From the NCBI RefSeq assembly GCF_009914755.1, contig NC_060944.1: a stretch of 64,000 bases of DNA. One strand, 5' to 3'. Source of the stretch: the human T2T-CHM13v2.0 reference genome, Homo sapiens. A program made the translations under genes and the position numbers. Positions within the stretch are counted from its first letter, which is position 1. Each line of letters starts with the position of its first letter. This document shows, piece by piece, positions 26,923 through 39,883 of this stretch. The notes under the pieces were generated by a model. It was not told the origin of the DNA. It worked only from the letters and a program-made list of their open reading frames with translations, and did no database searches.

Positions 26923-27206
26923 GCAGAATCTCAGTCTGCTGCCCAGGCTGGAGTGCAGTAGCACAATCATGGCTCACTGCAGCCTCAACCTCCTGGATTC
27001 AAGTGATCCTCCTGCCTCATCCTCCTGAATAGCTGGGACCACAACAGCTGTGCAGCACCATGCCCAGCTAATTAAAAAAAATTTTTTTTAGAGATGGGGT
27101 CTCACTATGTTGCCCAGGCTGGTCTCAAACTCCTGGGCTCAAGCAATCTTTCTACCTCAGCCTCCCAAAGTGATGGGATTACAGGTGTGACCCATTGTGC
27201 TTGGCC
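26923..27206 (-). mobile_element. AluJ
   Basis: gcccaggctggagtgcagtagcacaatcatggctcactgcagcctcaacctcc...ctcctgggctcaagcaatc...cttggcc. Confidence 0.96.
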
Positions 27207-29014
27207 TGTTATTTTTTTTCTCGCTAGCGTTTTATTGTATGAACATCCCTGAATCTGTTTACCATCCTGCTATTGAGGAATATGTGGGTTGTTCGCAGTT
27301 TGAGGCTGCTATGAATTAAACCATCAGGAATTTGTGCATATGTTCTGATTTCTCTTGGATAAACTCCTAGGAGTGGAATTGCTGGGCTGCACAATGATTA
27401 CTGTATAGATTTTATTAAAAACAGAAAGCTCCAACGTGGTTGTGCCATTTCCCATGACTCTCAGCAGCTTCTGAGAGTTCCTGTTGCTCCAGATCCTTGC
27501 CAAGGCTTGGTTTCAATGGTCTTTTTAATTCTTGTCATTCTTATGTGAATGTAATGGTGTGGCATTGTGGTTTAATTTATGAAACAAAGGATAGTATTGT
27601 ATTATGATTAAGCTTGGTTGCTTTCACCTGGGATACTCTAGGACAAAGTCAAAAAACAGCTGGTGGCTCCATGAGTTGGGATGAGTGGGGAGCTGCTAGC
27701 AGGGGTCTCAGTACACACAGCAGAGGTCACCTTAGAAAGAGAAGTGCCGCCAGGGAGGGCAGGGCCATGTGCCACTCAGAATAGCCCTCGTGGGAAGTCC
27801 TAGCCCCTCAAAGCCCTCAGTTTCTGGATTAAGCAGTCCGGTTAGGGATCAAGCAAGGACAAGGGGAGGTAGCAGGTCCTCTGTTCTCCAGGTTGACTCC
27901 TTTGTCTCCATTGAACCACGTGTCAGGATTGCAAAGGCCTTGCCTCACAGGGCCCACAGCCAAGCCCCACAGCTGACTCCCAAGGGCCTGGAGTCTCCAT
28001 TCAGGTGTGTGTTGCAGGGATCTGCTCAGGCAAGTCGGCTGGGCCAGGCCACTTGCTGCTGGCTAAGATGGCCACCACCTGGCAAGAAGAGCCTCAGCCG
28101 GGCATGGGGAAAGGTTATAGTGATTGATGCAAGATCGATTTATTTCCCCACTGCCCAGTGCAAGGTCAATCCTGATAGACAGCCCTGAGCCACAGGGGGG
28201 CCACCCCTCGACCTCAATATCTCACTCCTTAAAAATCCCAAAGCGCAGGGAAAGGTCAGCTTGCTGGTCTTGGCCTCGTTCACAGCAGCTCCCTGGCACG
28301 CTGCCAGAGCTCTGCAAATCATGTCGTGGGTTCCTTTTGCCCCCTGCCTGTTTCTTACTCTCTCAGGCTCCCATGAGGGACATTTCAAGCCAACTCACTC
28401 ATAATACATTTTAGAATGATGAGGAGGGTGACAATAGTGATGGCGATGATGATGACCATTTCTCGATTGCTTGCACAATGCTAGACTGACTCCATCATTT
28501 AAGTATCACAGCCACCAAGTTTGAAATCAGATCTCCAAACTACAGTGGAGAAGTGGAGCTAGTAGCTGAGAAACTTGCCTAAGATCACATTGAACATTGT
28601 CTGCAAAGGAGATCAGGGGAGCATTCTGTGAATGTCCTCAGTGATGGACGGCCTGGACGCGAGATGAAACGGGCAGAACAGTGAAGACATAACAAACAAT
28701 CCTGGAGTGTGGTCGAGAAGTCACCAGGAGAGCTCTAAGTCCAGCAAAGAGGAGCAGGAAGCGTCTGTGGAGCAGCTGAGACCATGTGCTTCCTGGAACA
28801 GATGAGGCCTTGCAATCCTCAGATCTGCTTCTGACCTTTAAAAGTAAAACCATGTCAGACACCTCAGCTGTCTGAGTGTACTCACATGTAGGCAAAGAAA
28901 ATCACCCCCGGCTGCTTCCACAAGGGCAGCTGGCAAAGCAACCACCATTCCCTGTGTGCTGTCCAAGACCCAAGCCTCCTGCACACTGAACTCTCGGCAG
29001 CTTCGTGAGACCAG

Positions 29015-29115
29015 GATTCTCCCTATTTGACAGATGAAGAAACCGAGACTTGGTCACCAGTAGGCATGAAGTGGTAGAGTTGGCCCTCAAGCCAGGCCTG
29101 TCTGATTTTGAAGGC
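29015..29115 (-). mobile_element. MIR fragment
   Basis: ccctatttgacagatgaagaaaccgagac...aagtggtagagttgg...gcctgtctgatt. Confidence 0.7.
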
Positions 29116-29189
29116 CATGATCAACTTGGCATGCTATATTATGCCATGTCAATGTGTGAATAAATGTGTTACGTGAGATGTGCAAGCAT

Positions 29190-29880
29190 ATGCTAACAGC
29201 TTCAAAAAATAGCAAAAGAGAGACACCAAAATCCATTTCTATCCTTTCCTGGTTCTCCCGTCCCCCTTCTCAGAGACAATAGATAATAATCTTTTGAACA
29301 TCATTCTAGGGATATTCCATTCATACACATATTCTATGCATAATTTTGCATAATGACCCTCTTACTCTTTATGCAAATAAGTACATATAATGTGCATTTT
29401 TTTTTCTGTACCTTGCTTTTCTCAATTAACAGGGTGTTTGACAAACAGTTCAGCATGAGTGCAGATGGACTTGACTCATTCTCAGTGATGTCCTGTAGCT
29501 TTGTATGGGTGAACCCCAATTTACAGAGCCATTACCCTTTTACTCTGCATCTATAGTGTTCTTCTCATATCTTTGGGCAAGTGTGAGAATGTTTGTGGGA
29601 TGAATTCCTTGACAAGGAGTTGCCAAGTCAAAGGGCACACCCCTTTTTAGTCTAGAGGGATGCTGCTGACAGCTCTGCATGAGTTGCTCTTTCTACTCCC
29701 ATCAGCAATGTTCAAGGGCATCGAGTTTCTCATGCAGAGCAATCACAGGGTGTTGTCTGACTCTGTAACGGAGCCAATCTGATAGACACCTCATCTGCAT
29801 CGCTCTTATTATAAGTGAGGCTGGGAAACTCTTCATAGACTTTCAAAGCCAACTGTAATTTCCTTCCTTGTGATGTGGCT
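29190..29880 (-). mobile_element. Old L1ME-like 3' region
   Basis: ttctgtaccttgctttttctcaattaac...ggatgaattcctt...agtcaaagggcac...tactcccatcagcaatg...cttattataagtgaggctg. Confidence 0.7.
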
Positions 29881-30164
29881 GTTCCCATCCTTCATCAGAC
29901 ACTCTTGGTGTCCTCTATCCTACTCTGTAAAGCTCCTTGCAAGAGGGCGATGGGTAGCGGGCTGGGGGTGGAGGCCATTGAGGGCTGCAGGAGTCTTGGA
30001 CTCTAAGACCAGCAATGCATTTACCTCTCCATTAATCTTGTTCAAGACATTTGATCACTTCGGAGTGTGGTTTCCTTCTGAAAGGGGTTTAGATCAGAAT
30101 AATGCTAAAAATCTATGGATCTCTAGTTATTGCACAGACAGTTGTGGCTGGCAGTTTATTATCT

Positions 30165-30265
30165 ACTCAGAAGGAAATGGATCTGAGCTTCAGAAGAAAG
30201 AATTTAATTTAGATACTGTGGACAACTTCCTGATGTCTCAGGATATTAAACTCTGGAATGAATGA
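30165..30265 (+). mobile_element. L3/CR1 LINE 3' fragment
   Basis: gaaatggatctgagcttcagaagaaagaatttaatttagatac...aacttcctgatg...ttaaactctggaatg resembles the CR1 ORF2 3' end. Confidence 0.6.
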
Positions 30266-31174
30266 TGATAATCTGGGGTAGAATATCTTTGTAATACAAA
30301 GAACTTTGAAAACAAGATGACTCATTTGTCCTAACTGGAAAAGTTTCCTTCTGGCCCTGAAGGAAACCCCTGGCTGGGGGTTTGAAGCCAGTGTGTACAC
30401 AGGGGTCTTTGAGGGCCTTAGTGTGTGGTGGGCTTCATGTTCTTGTAGTTGGGTGCCAAGTTTATTGGCAGTGTTTGGCCCAATTACCTGTTTGATCCTG
30501 GAGTTCATGAGTTATCTAATTTCATGATTCAAGTCATTACACATGTTAGGAGCAGACACATTGTCAGTTTTAACTTAATTCCTAAAATTAGCATTATTGA
30601 AAAAGTGAACTGCAAGGGGAACTCCTGATTTTAATCAATAGTTCAAGTGAGCATGGTTAAAGAATGTCAAAATTCAGCAAAAGCATCCAGAGCCTCCACA
30701 ACAATGACCTCTGTCAGACATTTGAGGCCACAAAGTGTTTGGGATAAGTGAGTTGTCCAGTGAGGGGAAGCAGAAACTGCTCTGAGCACTGAAACTTCTT
30801 TCCTTTTGATGGACATCATTGCCGGATACTTCGCATAGTTTCTTGCCTTAGTGAACAGAACATACTCAGCATCGTTTTGCCTTTTCTTAATAACTCAAGG
30901 TCCTATTAATAACATCCAATAGTAATTCAGGCAACTGACCCTGACCTCTCTGGTTTTGCAGAGCTCTCGAATACTAGCATTTGGGGGAAATTAAAATTGT
31001 CCAATTTGGCCTCCTTAACGTAGGGGAGCACTTTTTAGTAACCCAAAAAAGAGCCTAAAGAACTTACATTGACAGGTCTTTAGTGTCTGGGAGACCCTGG
31101 ACACTGGAGCCAGCTGTACAGTGGGAGTCTTCGTTAGCTAACCACCACCTCCTCAACAACTGCCCTTTTGCCTT

Positions 31175-31310
31175 CTAATCTTTACCAAGTGCCCACCAAG
31201 CACCTACCATGCCCAGGCACTGTTCTCCCTGCTGAGGAGTCAGTGATATGCCAGGAAGCAGATGTGGTTCCTGCCCTCAGGAAGCTTGAAATCTATTGTG
31301 GTGACAGGTA
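31175..31310 (-). mobile_element. L2 3' fragment
   Basis: caagcacctaccatgcccaggcactgttct...gtggttcctgccctcaggaagctt. Confidence 0.75.
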
Positions 31311-33659
31311 TCCAACAGAGGCCACCACAACTACACCTACAAGCATAGGTTGTTACATGCATGACCAAGGAACTACGTGGGGTCCCAGAAAAAAGAAGAG
31401 CAGGTGATGGTGGCAGGGAACCTGATCTTTGTTCTGGTTTCATAGATGTTTTACCAGGACATAGTTTCCCATGATTAGGGGGTAAATTGCAGTTCTGCTC
31501 TTCCTGATCATGTGAACATGGATGATTTAAAAGTCCCACCCAGAGCCTCCCACCGGCGGAAGCTCCGTGCTGGGAAAGAGCAGCAGAAGTGGGTCTCTGA
31601 GTGCTTTGCATGGAGTAACAGGTTCTTGAGCACACTGGAAGCTCCCAGAACATCACTGCATTGTGGGGAGAACCCAGGACTGTCCAGTGGGAACATAGAG
31701 CCTCCAACACCCACTTCATCCTCAGAGCTCTGCAGGGACAGGGGAGGGATCAGGGCCAAGATCCCCCAGGCACAACCTCATCCCCTTTCCAGGACCTTTA
31801 TTTTGTGCTACAATTATAGGAAGGGAAAGACTAAAGGAAGAATCTGGTCATTAAACAGAGGGGTGATTTCAGGCCCTTGGAGCAAGAACGGTGCAAAGAA
31901 TCTCTTTAGACTTGGAGGGAAGATTGGTTCCCTGCAATCCAGAGATAGAGGTATGTGGGTCAACTGTCCCAGAGTCCTGTTCTTATGTGTCCCGAGAGAA
32001 CCTGCAAAAGGAGATGCGGCTCAGGGCTAACATGTGGTACAGGACCCTCAGGGAGCGGGGGAGGAAACAGGCCAGAGTGACCGCAAACAGCTAGCAGGCT
32101 ATAGGAACCTGAGAAGGGAGCAACGCCAACAAGGTACGATGGGAATATGGAATATGGGGAGAGATTAGAGAAAGTCCTGGAGAAGACAATTCCCAGGTCC
32201 AGATCGGCTTCCAAGGCCTTCTTGGTGTCTATCTTACAATTACAGAAGAAGCCCCATTTATGAAGTGCCTACTGCATGTTGGCACCGTGCTAAGGGTTTC
32301 CAATACAGCCACAACCTGGGTCAGGTCTACACACCACTGGTGGGAGATTTCTGATGGATTGTGGGCAGGTATTTTTTGTTTTCATAGCTATGGGTTTACG
32401 GACCTTGGTAGGTATTAGAAAATGTTTTATTGCTCATGCAGTCTGGGATTTCACGGTCATTATTGACTAGGAGTGGGTTAAATTCTATAAAGTAAGTCCA
32501 CCTAGAGTTGATTTAGAGAAAACAGTCTTGCAAGTGGTAGTCTGGGTAGGATGAAGAAGGGGCTGAAATCATAAAGGAGCATGCCAGTGGCTGTGTTTGG
32601 GAGACATTGAGCCTGCGTGAGGTTGAATAGCATCCTTCGGAGTGCACGGCTGTGAAGAGGCTGTGGGTTCCCATCCCAGGTCTGGCTGGGTCCAGAGCTG
32701 GAGCTGAGGGTGCCTGGGCTTTTCTTCCTGCTCAAGGTGTTGGCCCTGGGTACTCAGTGAGGAGACAAAGCCAGCCCACCCCTGTGCCTCAGCCCCTCTG
32801 GACCTCACCTTCACCCTTCTCTGCTCCCTGGACACCACAGTGCAGCTGAGACAAGGCAGCCTCAGGGGCACACACCCTGTGTCACCGGGTGGGTGGACAG
32901 AGCCCAAGAAGAGCCTGGAAGCACAGCTCATTCTTTGAGTGGAAAGGGTAGCAGGCAGGTTGAAGGGCAGTTCAGAGCATGAGCTTTGGCGGCAGGACTG
33001 GGATTCAGTTTCAGGTCTGGCTGCTCCTAACCCGGTGGTCTCTGGCCAGTCCTGCCACATTCCCGAGCTCCAGGCCCCCCTTTTATAAAATAGGGCAAGT
33101 TATGTGCTCCCTGGGCTGCCTTGGAGGTCAAATGGAGTCAAGGGGTTGCCCTGTGCCCCAGCCTCAGAGCAGTGTCTGCAGGGCCCCAGAAAAATAATCC
33201 CTTCCCCACCAATCGCTGGCTGATGGCCCCTGCCCGCCTTTTCCTTGGATGAGGACCTGGAAACTGGAAAGGGCCAGGTTTTTGTCAGCCCTTTGGTTTT
33301 GGGCAGTGCCTGGCACCAGAAAGACATTCTTGGGACAGGCGACAGGCCAAGGCTCTGAGGAGTGACCCTCACTGTGGGGTGAGCCCTAGGGATGGGTGCC
33401 CAGGAAGGGGCAGAGCCGAGGAAGGAAGGCAAGGCAGCAGGGCCAAGGGAGAAAGCTGCTGGGCCCCAGGCAGGACAGAGGCCAGCCGCTGGGAGAGCAG
33501 GGCTTCCCACCCCTGCCCAGGCAGGAAAGGGACCTCTGCTCCCTGGCATCTCCTCTGTCCTGTGCAGGAAGCTGGGAGGGCCAGGGCCCGGCAGGCAGTC
33601 ATCACCGCCTCATTCCTGCTTCACCCCGAGTCTGACAGGTGAGGACCCCATCACTTTCC

Positions 33660-34110
33660 CCGGGAAGATGAGCCCGCTAATAACCAAGTTCAATAAGAGA
33701 ATCAATTAACATGCCTAGTAGCAGAGCTGCTTACCCTGCCTCTTCCTGGCAGGTGCCTGCTAGGGTCAGATGCAGCCCATAATTACAGCGTCAGGTTTGC
33801 AGCCTTTTTCATGGTAATTTGTATATGTATATATATGTCTGTGTATATATAAATATATAAAGTGTGGTTAAAATGGATGCTGAGCAGAGGTCCGGGGTAC
33901 TGGCAAAGACGGACGCGTTTAATTTCCTGCATGCTTGCTCTGGCTTGAAAGCCTGCAGCTGTGTGGCTGCTGTTTCGGAGCGAAAAACACACTGTTCTAG
34001 GAAACCACCTTCTCCGTGATTTATCAACCAGCGTTGTGGGAGCCAAATTAGTTGTTGATTGTTCTATCGAGTAACTCAACTTCGGCATTGAAGGATCTGG
34101 CGCAGGGAGG
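33660..34110. promoter_or_regulatory. Candidate enhancer or conserved element
   Basis: Non-repeat; cataattac, ggtaatttg, tttaattt, caaattag, gattgttc (SOX-like), retained CpGs. Confidence 0.4.
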
Positions 34111-35484
34111 TTGGAGGTTTGACGACCAGCGGCTTTCTCAGAAGTAGTCCTTTCTGGAAGCAGAGCCCATGCACAGGGGAACCGGCCGATGGGCTAGAAA
34201 CCCGGGCTGCAGAAACCATTAGCTTATGTTTCTAGAGAGAGCCTTGCGGCTGTCTCTCAAATGTCTGCAGCTCCGGTGGCCCCCCAGGGTGCCTTACTGG
34301 GCTGCGGGCCTGGGCTGTGCTTGTGTCTGCCTGTGGGCATCTGTCTACACAGCTCTGCCAGGCATCTGGAACTCTCTCTGGCATCCTCCCTCTGCAACCC
34401 AGGCCAATTTGAGAATCTGGCCTCACCCCTGTCGATGTTTCTCCTGCCCCTGTGCCCCTACCACAGGTGGGGCGGATGGGAAGGCACAAGGGGGTTTTCC
34501 AAGGCTGGAAACGGGGCCATGATAATTCAGGAGGTGGCTCCACTCCAGATGTCTCTGGCCATCTTGCTGTTTGGTGCGCCTATCCCGCTCTCAGGCCACA
34601 CTTGCCCTGCCTAGTCTCCAGGCCTCTTCCTCAGGCTGTGCCCACTATTCAAGGTATTCCCCCTCCAGGCCTGAAACCCCCACTGCTCAGGACCCAGCTC
34701 CCAGCCCACCTCCTCTGGGAAGCCCTCTTTGAGGGGGTTCTAGGCTGGGACTGTTATGACCTCCCACTGGCACGTTGGCTTGGCTCCTGGTACCTCCTGT
34801 GTCCCCATGTGGTGAGAGACAGGTGGCAGCCTCCCCACATGTGTGTGTGCATCTCCTGAGGTGCTGAGCGCATGGGAGGAGGGGAAGCAAGCTCACCGAC
34901 GCTGGGAAACCTGTCCTCCAGGCCGCCTGGTTAGAGTTTGCGGGGCAGGTGCAGCCCCAAGGCCCGTGTCTCTCAAGTGAGGTCTCCCAGCTCCCAAAGT
35001 CGTTTTCTCCTGAGGAACCATGCTAAAAATGCTGGTTCCAGGGCCCTGACAGAACCATGCTCTCAGGAGCCAGCACTCAGGGTGCCTGGGCTTTTTCTTA
35101 GAAGAGGTCTGGGATCTATTTCTGAAATAAGCTCTCTCAGAGAAATCTGACAGGTGCAGAATTTCAGAGCTACAAGCTGAGACAATGGCAGGGGCCTCCA
35201 GTAGCCGCCTGTCTCTGGGGCCCCTGGCCCACATGAGGCCCCTCAGGCCCGCACACGGTCTCCCTCCAGCTCACATGGCTCCACACACAGTCCCTCTGGC
35301 TCACACACAGTCCCTCTGACCCACACACGGTCCCACTGGCCCACACACCTCTCTTGGCTGCTGAGGTTTTGTGCTTCCACCAAGCCAGGGGACTGTTCTG
35401 TGGCCCTGGAACCACCGTGAAAGCAAACAACCCTCGGCTGTGTTGGGAGACAGCTCCAGCTCCTCCATCCTCAAATGTGAGAGC

Positions 35485-36494
35485 TGATGATTGGGGTGGA
35501 GGAGGAGGTGAGTGGGGAGGGGGTGGGGGAGAAGGAGGTGATGGGGAAGAGATGAGTGGGCAGGAGGTGAGCAGGGAGGAGGTGAGCAGGGATGAGTGGA
35601 GGAAGGAGGTGATAGGGAGGAGGTGAGTGGGCAGGAGGTGAGCAGGGAGAAGATGAGCAGGGGGGTGGTGAGCGGGGAGGAGGTGGAGGGGAAGGAAGTG
35701 ATGGGGGAGGAGGTGGGGGGAAGGAGGTGATGGGGAGGAGGTGAATGGGCAGGAGGTGACTGGGGAGGAGGTGAGCAGGGAGGAGGTGAGCAGGGAGGAG
35801 GTGAGTGGAGTGGGGATGGGAGTGGAGTGGGGGGAAGGAAGTGATAGGGAGGAGATGAGTGGGCAGGAGGTGAGCAGAGAGGAGATGAGTAGAGCAGGGA
35901 TGAGTAGGGGAAGGAGGTGATAGGAGGTGAGTGGGCAGGAGGTGAGCAGGGAGGAGGCGAGCAGGGAGGAGGTAGAGGGGAAGGAAGTGATGGGGAGGAG
36001 GTGAGGGGGGAAAGAGGTGGCGGGGGAAGGAGGTGATGGGGAGGAGGTGAGTGGGGAGGAAGGTGGGAGGAAGGAGGTGATGGGGAGGATGTGGGGGAGG
36101 TGGGGAGCAAGGAGGTGATGGGGAGGAGGTGAGTGGGGAGGTGGTGAGCAGGGAGGAGGTGAGGGGGCAAGGGAGGTGATGGGGAGGAAGGAGGTTATGG
36201 GGAGGTGGTGAGTGGGGAGGGAGGTAAGGGGTAAGGTGGTGATGTGGAGGTGGTGAGTGGGGAGGTGGTGAGAGGGGAGGAGATGAGGGGGCAAGGGAGG
36301 TGATGGGGAGGAGGTGAGTGGGGAGGAAGGTGGGGGGAAGGAGGTGATGGGGAGGATGTGGGGGAGGTGGGGGGGAAGGAGGTGAGGCAGAGGAGGGGAG
36401 TGGGGAGGGAGATGAGTAAGGAAGTGATGGGGAGAGGGTGAGTGGGGAAGTGGTGAGAGGGGAGGAGGTGAGGGGGCAAGGGAGGCGATGCGGA
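35485..36494. repeat. Degenerate G/A-rich minisatellite of ~15-bp monomers (GGAGGTGA-N-GGGN)
   Basis: ggaggtgagcaggga / ggaggtgatgggga / ggaggtgagtgggca modules repeated throughout. Confidence 0.93.
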
Positions 36495-37170
36495 GGAAGG
36501 AGGTGATGGGAAGGAGGTGAGTGTGTAGGAGGTAAGCAGGGAGGAAGTGGGGGGGAAGGAGGTGATGGGAAGGAGGTGAGTGTGTAGGAGGTAAGCAGGG
36601 AGGAAGTGGGGGGGAAGGAGGTGATGGGAAGGAGGTGAGTGTGTAGGAGGTAAGCAGGGAGGAAGTGGGGGGGAAGGAGGTGATGGGGAGGAGGTGAGTG
36701 TGTAGGAGGTAAGCAGGGAGGAAGTGGGGGGGAAGGAGGTGATGGGAAGGAGGTGAGTGTGTAGGAGGTAAGCAGGGAGGAAGTGGGGGGGAAGGAGGTG
36801 ATGGGGAGGAGGTGAGTGTGTAGGAGGTAAGCAGGGAGGAAGTGGGGGGGAAGGAGGTGATGGGGAGGAGGTGAGTGTGTAGGAGGTAAGCAGGGAGGAA
36901 GTGGGGGGGAAGGAGGTGATGGGGAGGAGGTGAGTGTGTAGGAGGTAAGCAGGGAGGAAGTGGGGGGGAAGGAGGTGATGGGAAGGAGGTGAGTGTGTAG
37001 GAGGTAAGCAGGGAGGAAGTGGGGGGGAAGGAGGTGATGGGAAGGAGGTGAGTGTGTAGGAGGTAAGCAGGGAGGAAGTGGGGGGGAAGGAGGTGATGGG
37101 GAGGAGGTGAGTGTGTAGGAGGTAAGCAGGGAGGAAGTGGGGGGGAAGGAGGTGATGGGGAGGAGGTGAG
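36495..37170. repeat. 59-bp VNTR, 11 full copies plus a partial copy
   Basis: Unit ggaaggaggtgatggg(a/g)aggaggtgagtgtgtaggaggtaagcagggaggaagtggggg; shifts 1 nt per 60-nt line. Confidence 0.98.
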
Positions 37171-39644
37171 AGGGGAGGAGCTGAGGGGGGAAGGAGGTAA
37201 TGAGGACAAGGTGAGGGGAAAGGAGGTAAGGGAGGGGAAGGGGAGGGAAGGAGCTGAGCGGGGCAGAGCATGTCTCCTCTCTTTAAGCATCCTCTGTATT
37301 CTGCAGAGGCCAAGCAGTCTGGATGTTGGCCTTCCTCAGTGGCCCATGAAATAACTTTGCTCCCCAGATTCTGAGCATGGGTTAGAACACCAAGTCCCTG
37401 AGCAGCCCCATCTCTGGGCTAGGGCAGGGAGGGCAGGGTCCCCTTTCAGCCTCACACCTGGGATGCACTCGTAGGAACCCGCCAGGTGTTCTGCTCAACT
37501 TAAGGTCTCAAACACCAGCCCAGGGCATTGCCACCTTCCCACAGTCATGGTGATGACGAGCTTGGAGTCCTGCAGATGTCAAGGAGGGACAGGGCTGCAC
37601 CCCTCACCCTAGCATCACTCCTAGGTCTGCAGGCCACAGAGGGTGGTGCTGGATTCGGTGGAGAAATGTGCATTTGCACTGGCTGTGCTCTTTACCGTGC
37701 ACCTCTGGGCAAGTCCTCCTAGGGCCAATGGGAGGAATCGCAGAGGCTTAGACATGCAGCTGTCTTCACCGCATTCCTTCCTGCTCCCTCTGCTGTGACA
37801 GGCTGCTTCCTGCCTGGGAGCTTTGAGTTCAGAAAGCTGTGAGCTGTTTTCAATTCAAGGGGCAGGTTCTCTCTCTCTCTAAGGGTCCCTGTAGACATAG
37901 GAGGGAGGGCTGGGGGTGAGTTCAGTAGGGAGGCTTCAGACAAAACCCAAAGAGATGAGCTAGTTTCCTTCCTAGTTAGCCTAGGTGGCCAGCGCCCTGT
38001 GGCCACTCGAGCACGTGTCTCTCCTCGTCTGCTCCAGCATGGGGCTGAGACTCCTGTTCCAGGATTGGGGCTGTCGCTGGTCTCGCGTTCCTTCTTCTTG
38101 AAACTCAGACAACCCACCCCAACCTGACCTTTGGACGTGCAGGGCATCTGCTCAGAACAGGTTGTCCTCTTAGCCTATTGTTCAACCTTGCCTGGTTGTC
38201 CCAAACCTTGAGCCAATCTCTGTAGCCTCAAAGAATCTTAGACTTGGGAGGGAGGGTGGCCCGGAGGACCTCATGTCCTGCATTTGGGGACACAGACACA
38301 ATCACGGCCTAATTAGACACAACTTGGCTCCCCTTCCATAAAGCTTGTTCCGTTTCACTTCCACCTGTGCTATTTTCATGTTTGTTTCTAAATAAATTCA
38401 CCTCTTAAAAACATTAAATAGATTTCTTTACGCAGGGTCAGAAGTGGGAAATCATTACTCCTTGCCGTATTTAATAGACGGTAACTGAAAAACAGAAACC
38501 AAGTGTTACTAGCTGGAGACCCTTGCCTGAAGAGGATTCCGAGCCTGAGTCCAGCTTTGTTCGCAAGGAAGGTTGTGAGTGTTCAGGGCCTGTGGATATA
38601 TTAGACAGAGATTTTTCCTGTCATCGTAATGCCACGCTTTAGCAAATTCTGACCAAGTGCAGCCCTTCAAACTCCAGGGGGGAAACTGAGACACCAGGTA
38701 GAGAAAGGAGAGACACCAGGTCAAAGGGGAGTCTGATAGCTGGGCTCAGACACCAGCTGGAGCTCTTCTCCACACCTTTCCATTTCACTCACCCCCTCCC
38801 TCTGTGCCTCAGTTTCCCTCCTCTCCATTAGTCCAGGCTCAATAGCCATACAGGTGGCAGTGGTGGGGATCAGGTGTCAGAGAGGAGCAGCAAGCTCTGT
38901 CTCAGCTCCATGGTGGTCATTGGGGGCCCTCCAGTCCTCTCCCTTTGGCTGATGATGGCTGTCTCCACGTGTCAGCCACAGCAACCCTGTCCCCAGACAC
39001 TAGCTGCTGTTGGAAGAGAAACATGCAAATTCCATCCATTCTCCTCAAACACAAAAGGGAATGTTTAAACTGGAGCCAGTCAGGGGTCGGGGGTGGAGGG
39101 AGTGGCCTCCATGAGGAATGCATGATAAATCCTCTCGCCTGGCTTCTTGGCTACATGAACAGTTTTATTTTTTCTCCCAATCCCTCCCAATTGTCCTCAT
39201 GTTGGGCACTGTTTTGTGTGCCAGAAGGACAGGGAGAAGGACAGATGATGGCCCCACCGTCCATCACAATTCTGGCAACGCAGAAGGCCTAGAGAGGAGG
39301 CTCGGGGGGGCTGGGGTGCAGGGCTCCAGGGTTTGTGGGGAAAGCTGTTTGGGAGTCACCACAACATCCATCATCAGCTGTCATGTGCATGCTGTTCCAC
39401 CTCTCTGTTTATTTTCTGAGCATCTCCAAGAGCCTGGGACACCAGGACAGGGCATGGCGGGAGGAGATGTTTGTGTTTCTCCAAAGAGAGCTTACCGTCT
39501 TGTGAGGTAGCAAGAGAAAATGCTGAGGAGGTGCTGATCATCAGGTGGGAGCTCCCTGTTTTGGTTCAAGAGGGGCCATAACAAAGGGTACAGTTAACTG
39601 CAGCTGTGTAGTGACAGGATAAGGAAGTTTCCTTCTTTCCTTAC

Positions 39645-39883
<239 letters not shown>

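Larger units (their letters stand above)
26395..27580 (-). mobile_element. Old L1M 3' region interrupted by an AluJ and its CTTT-rich tail
   Basis: tgtaatcaccatcccaatcaagat...ccagaaagttcccttgtcccct...; resumes with ctcctaggagtggaattgctggg...gagagttcctgttgctccagatccttgcc. Confidence 0.85.

Noticed and set aside
25620-27206. Inverted Alu pair (FLAM on +, AluJ on -) about 1.2 kb apart
   Set aside because: Old diverged elements in a very common configuration.
36495-37170. CRISPR-like regular repeats
   Set aside because: Head-to-tail units with no unique spacers, no cas genes and a eukaryotic context.
35170-37313. 706-aa and 372-aa Pro/Ser/His-rich ORFs on the minus strand
   Set aside because: Artefacts of a C-rich, stop-poor minisatellite strand; the 59-bp unit is not a multiple of 3.
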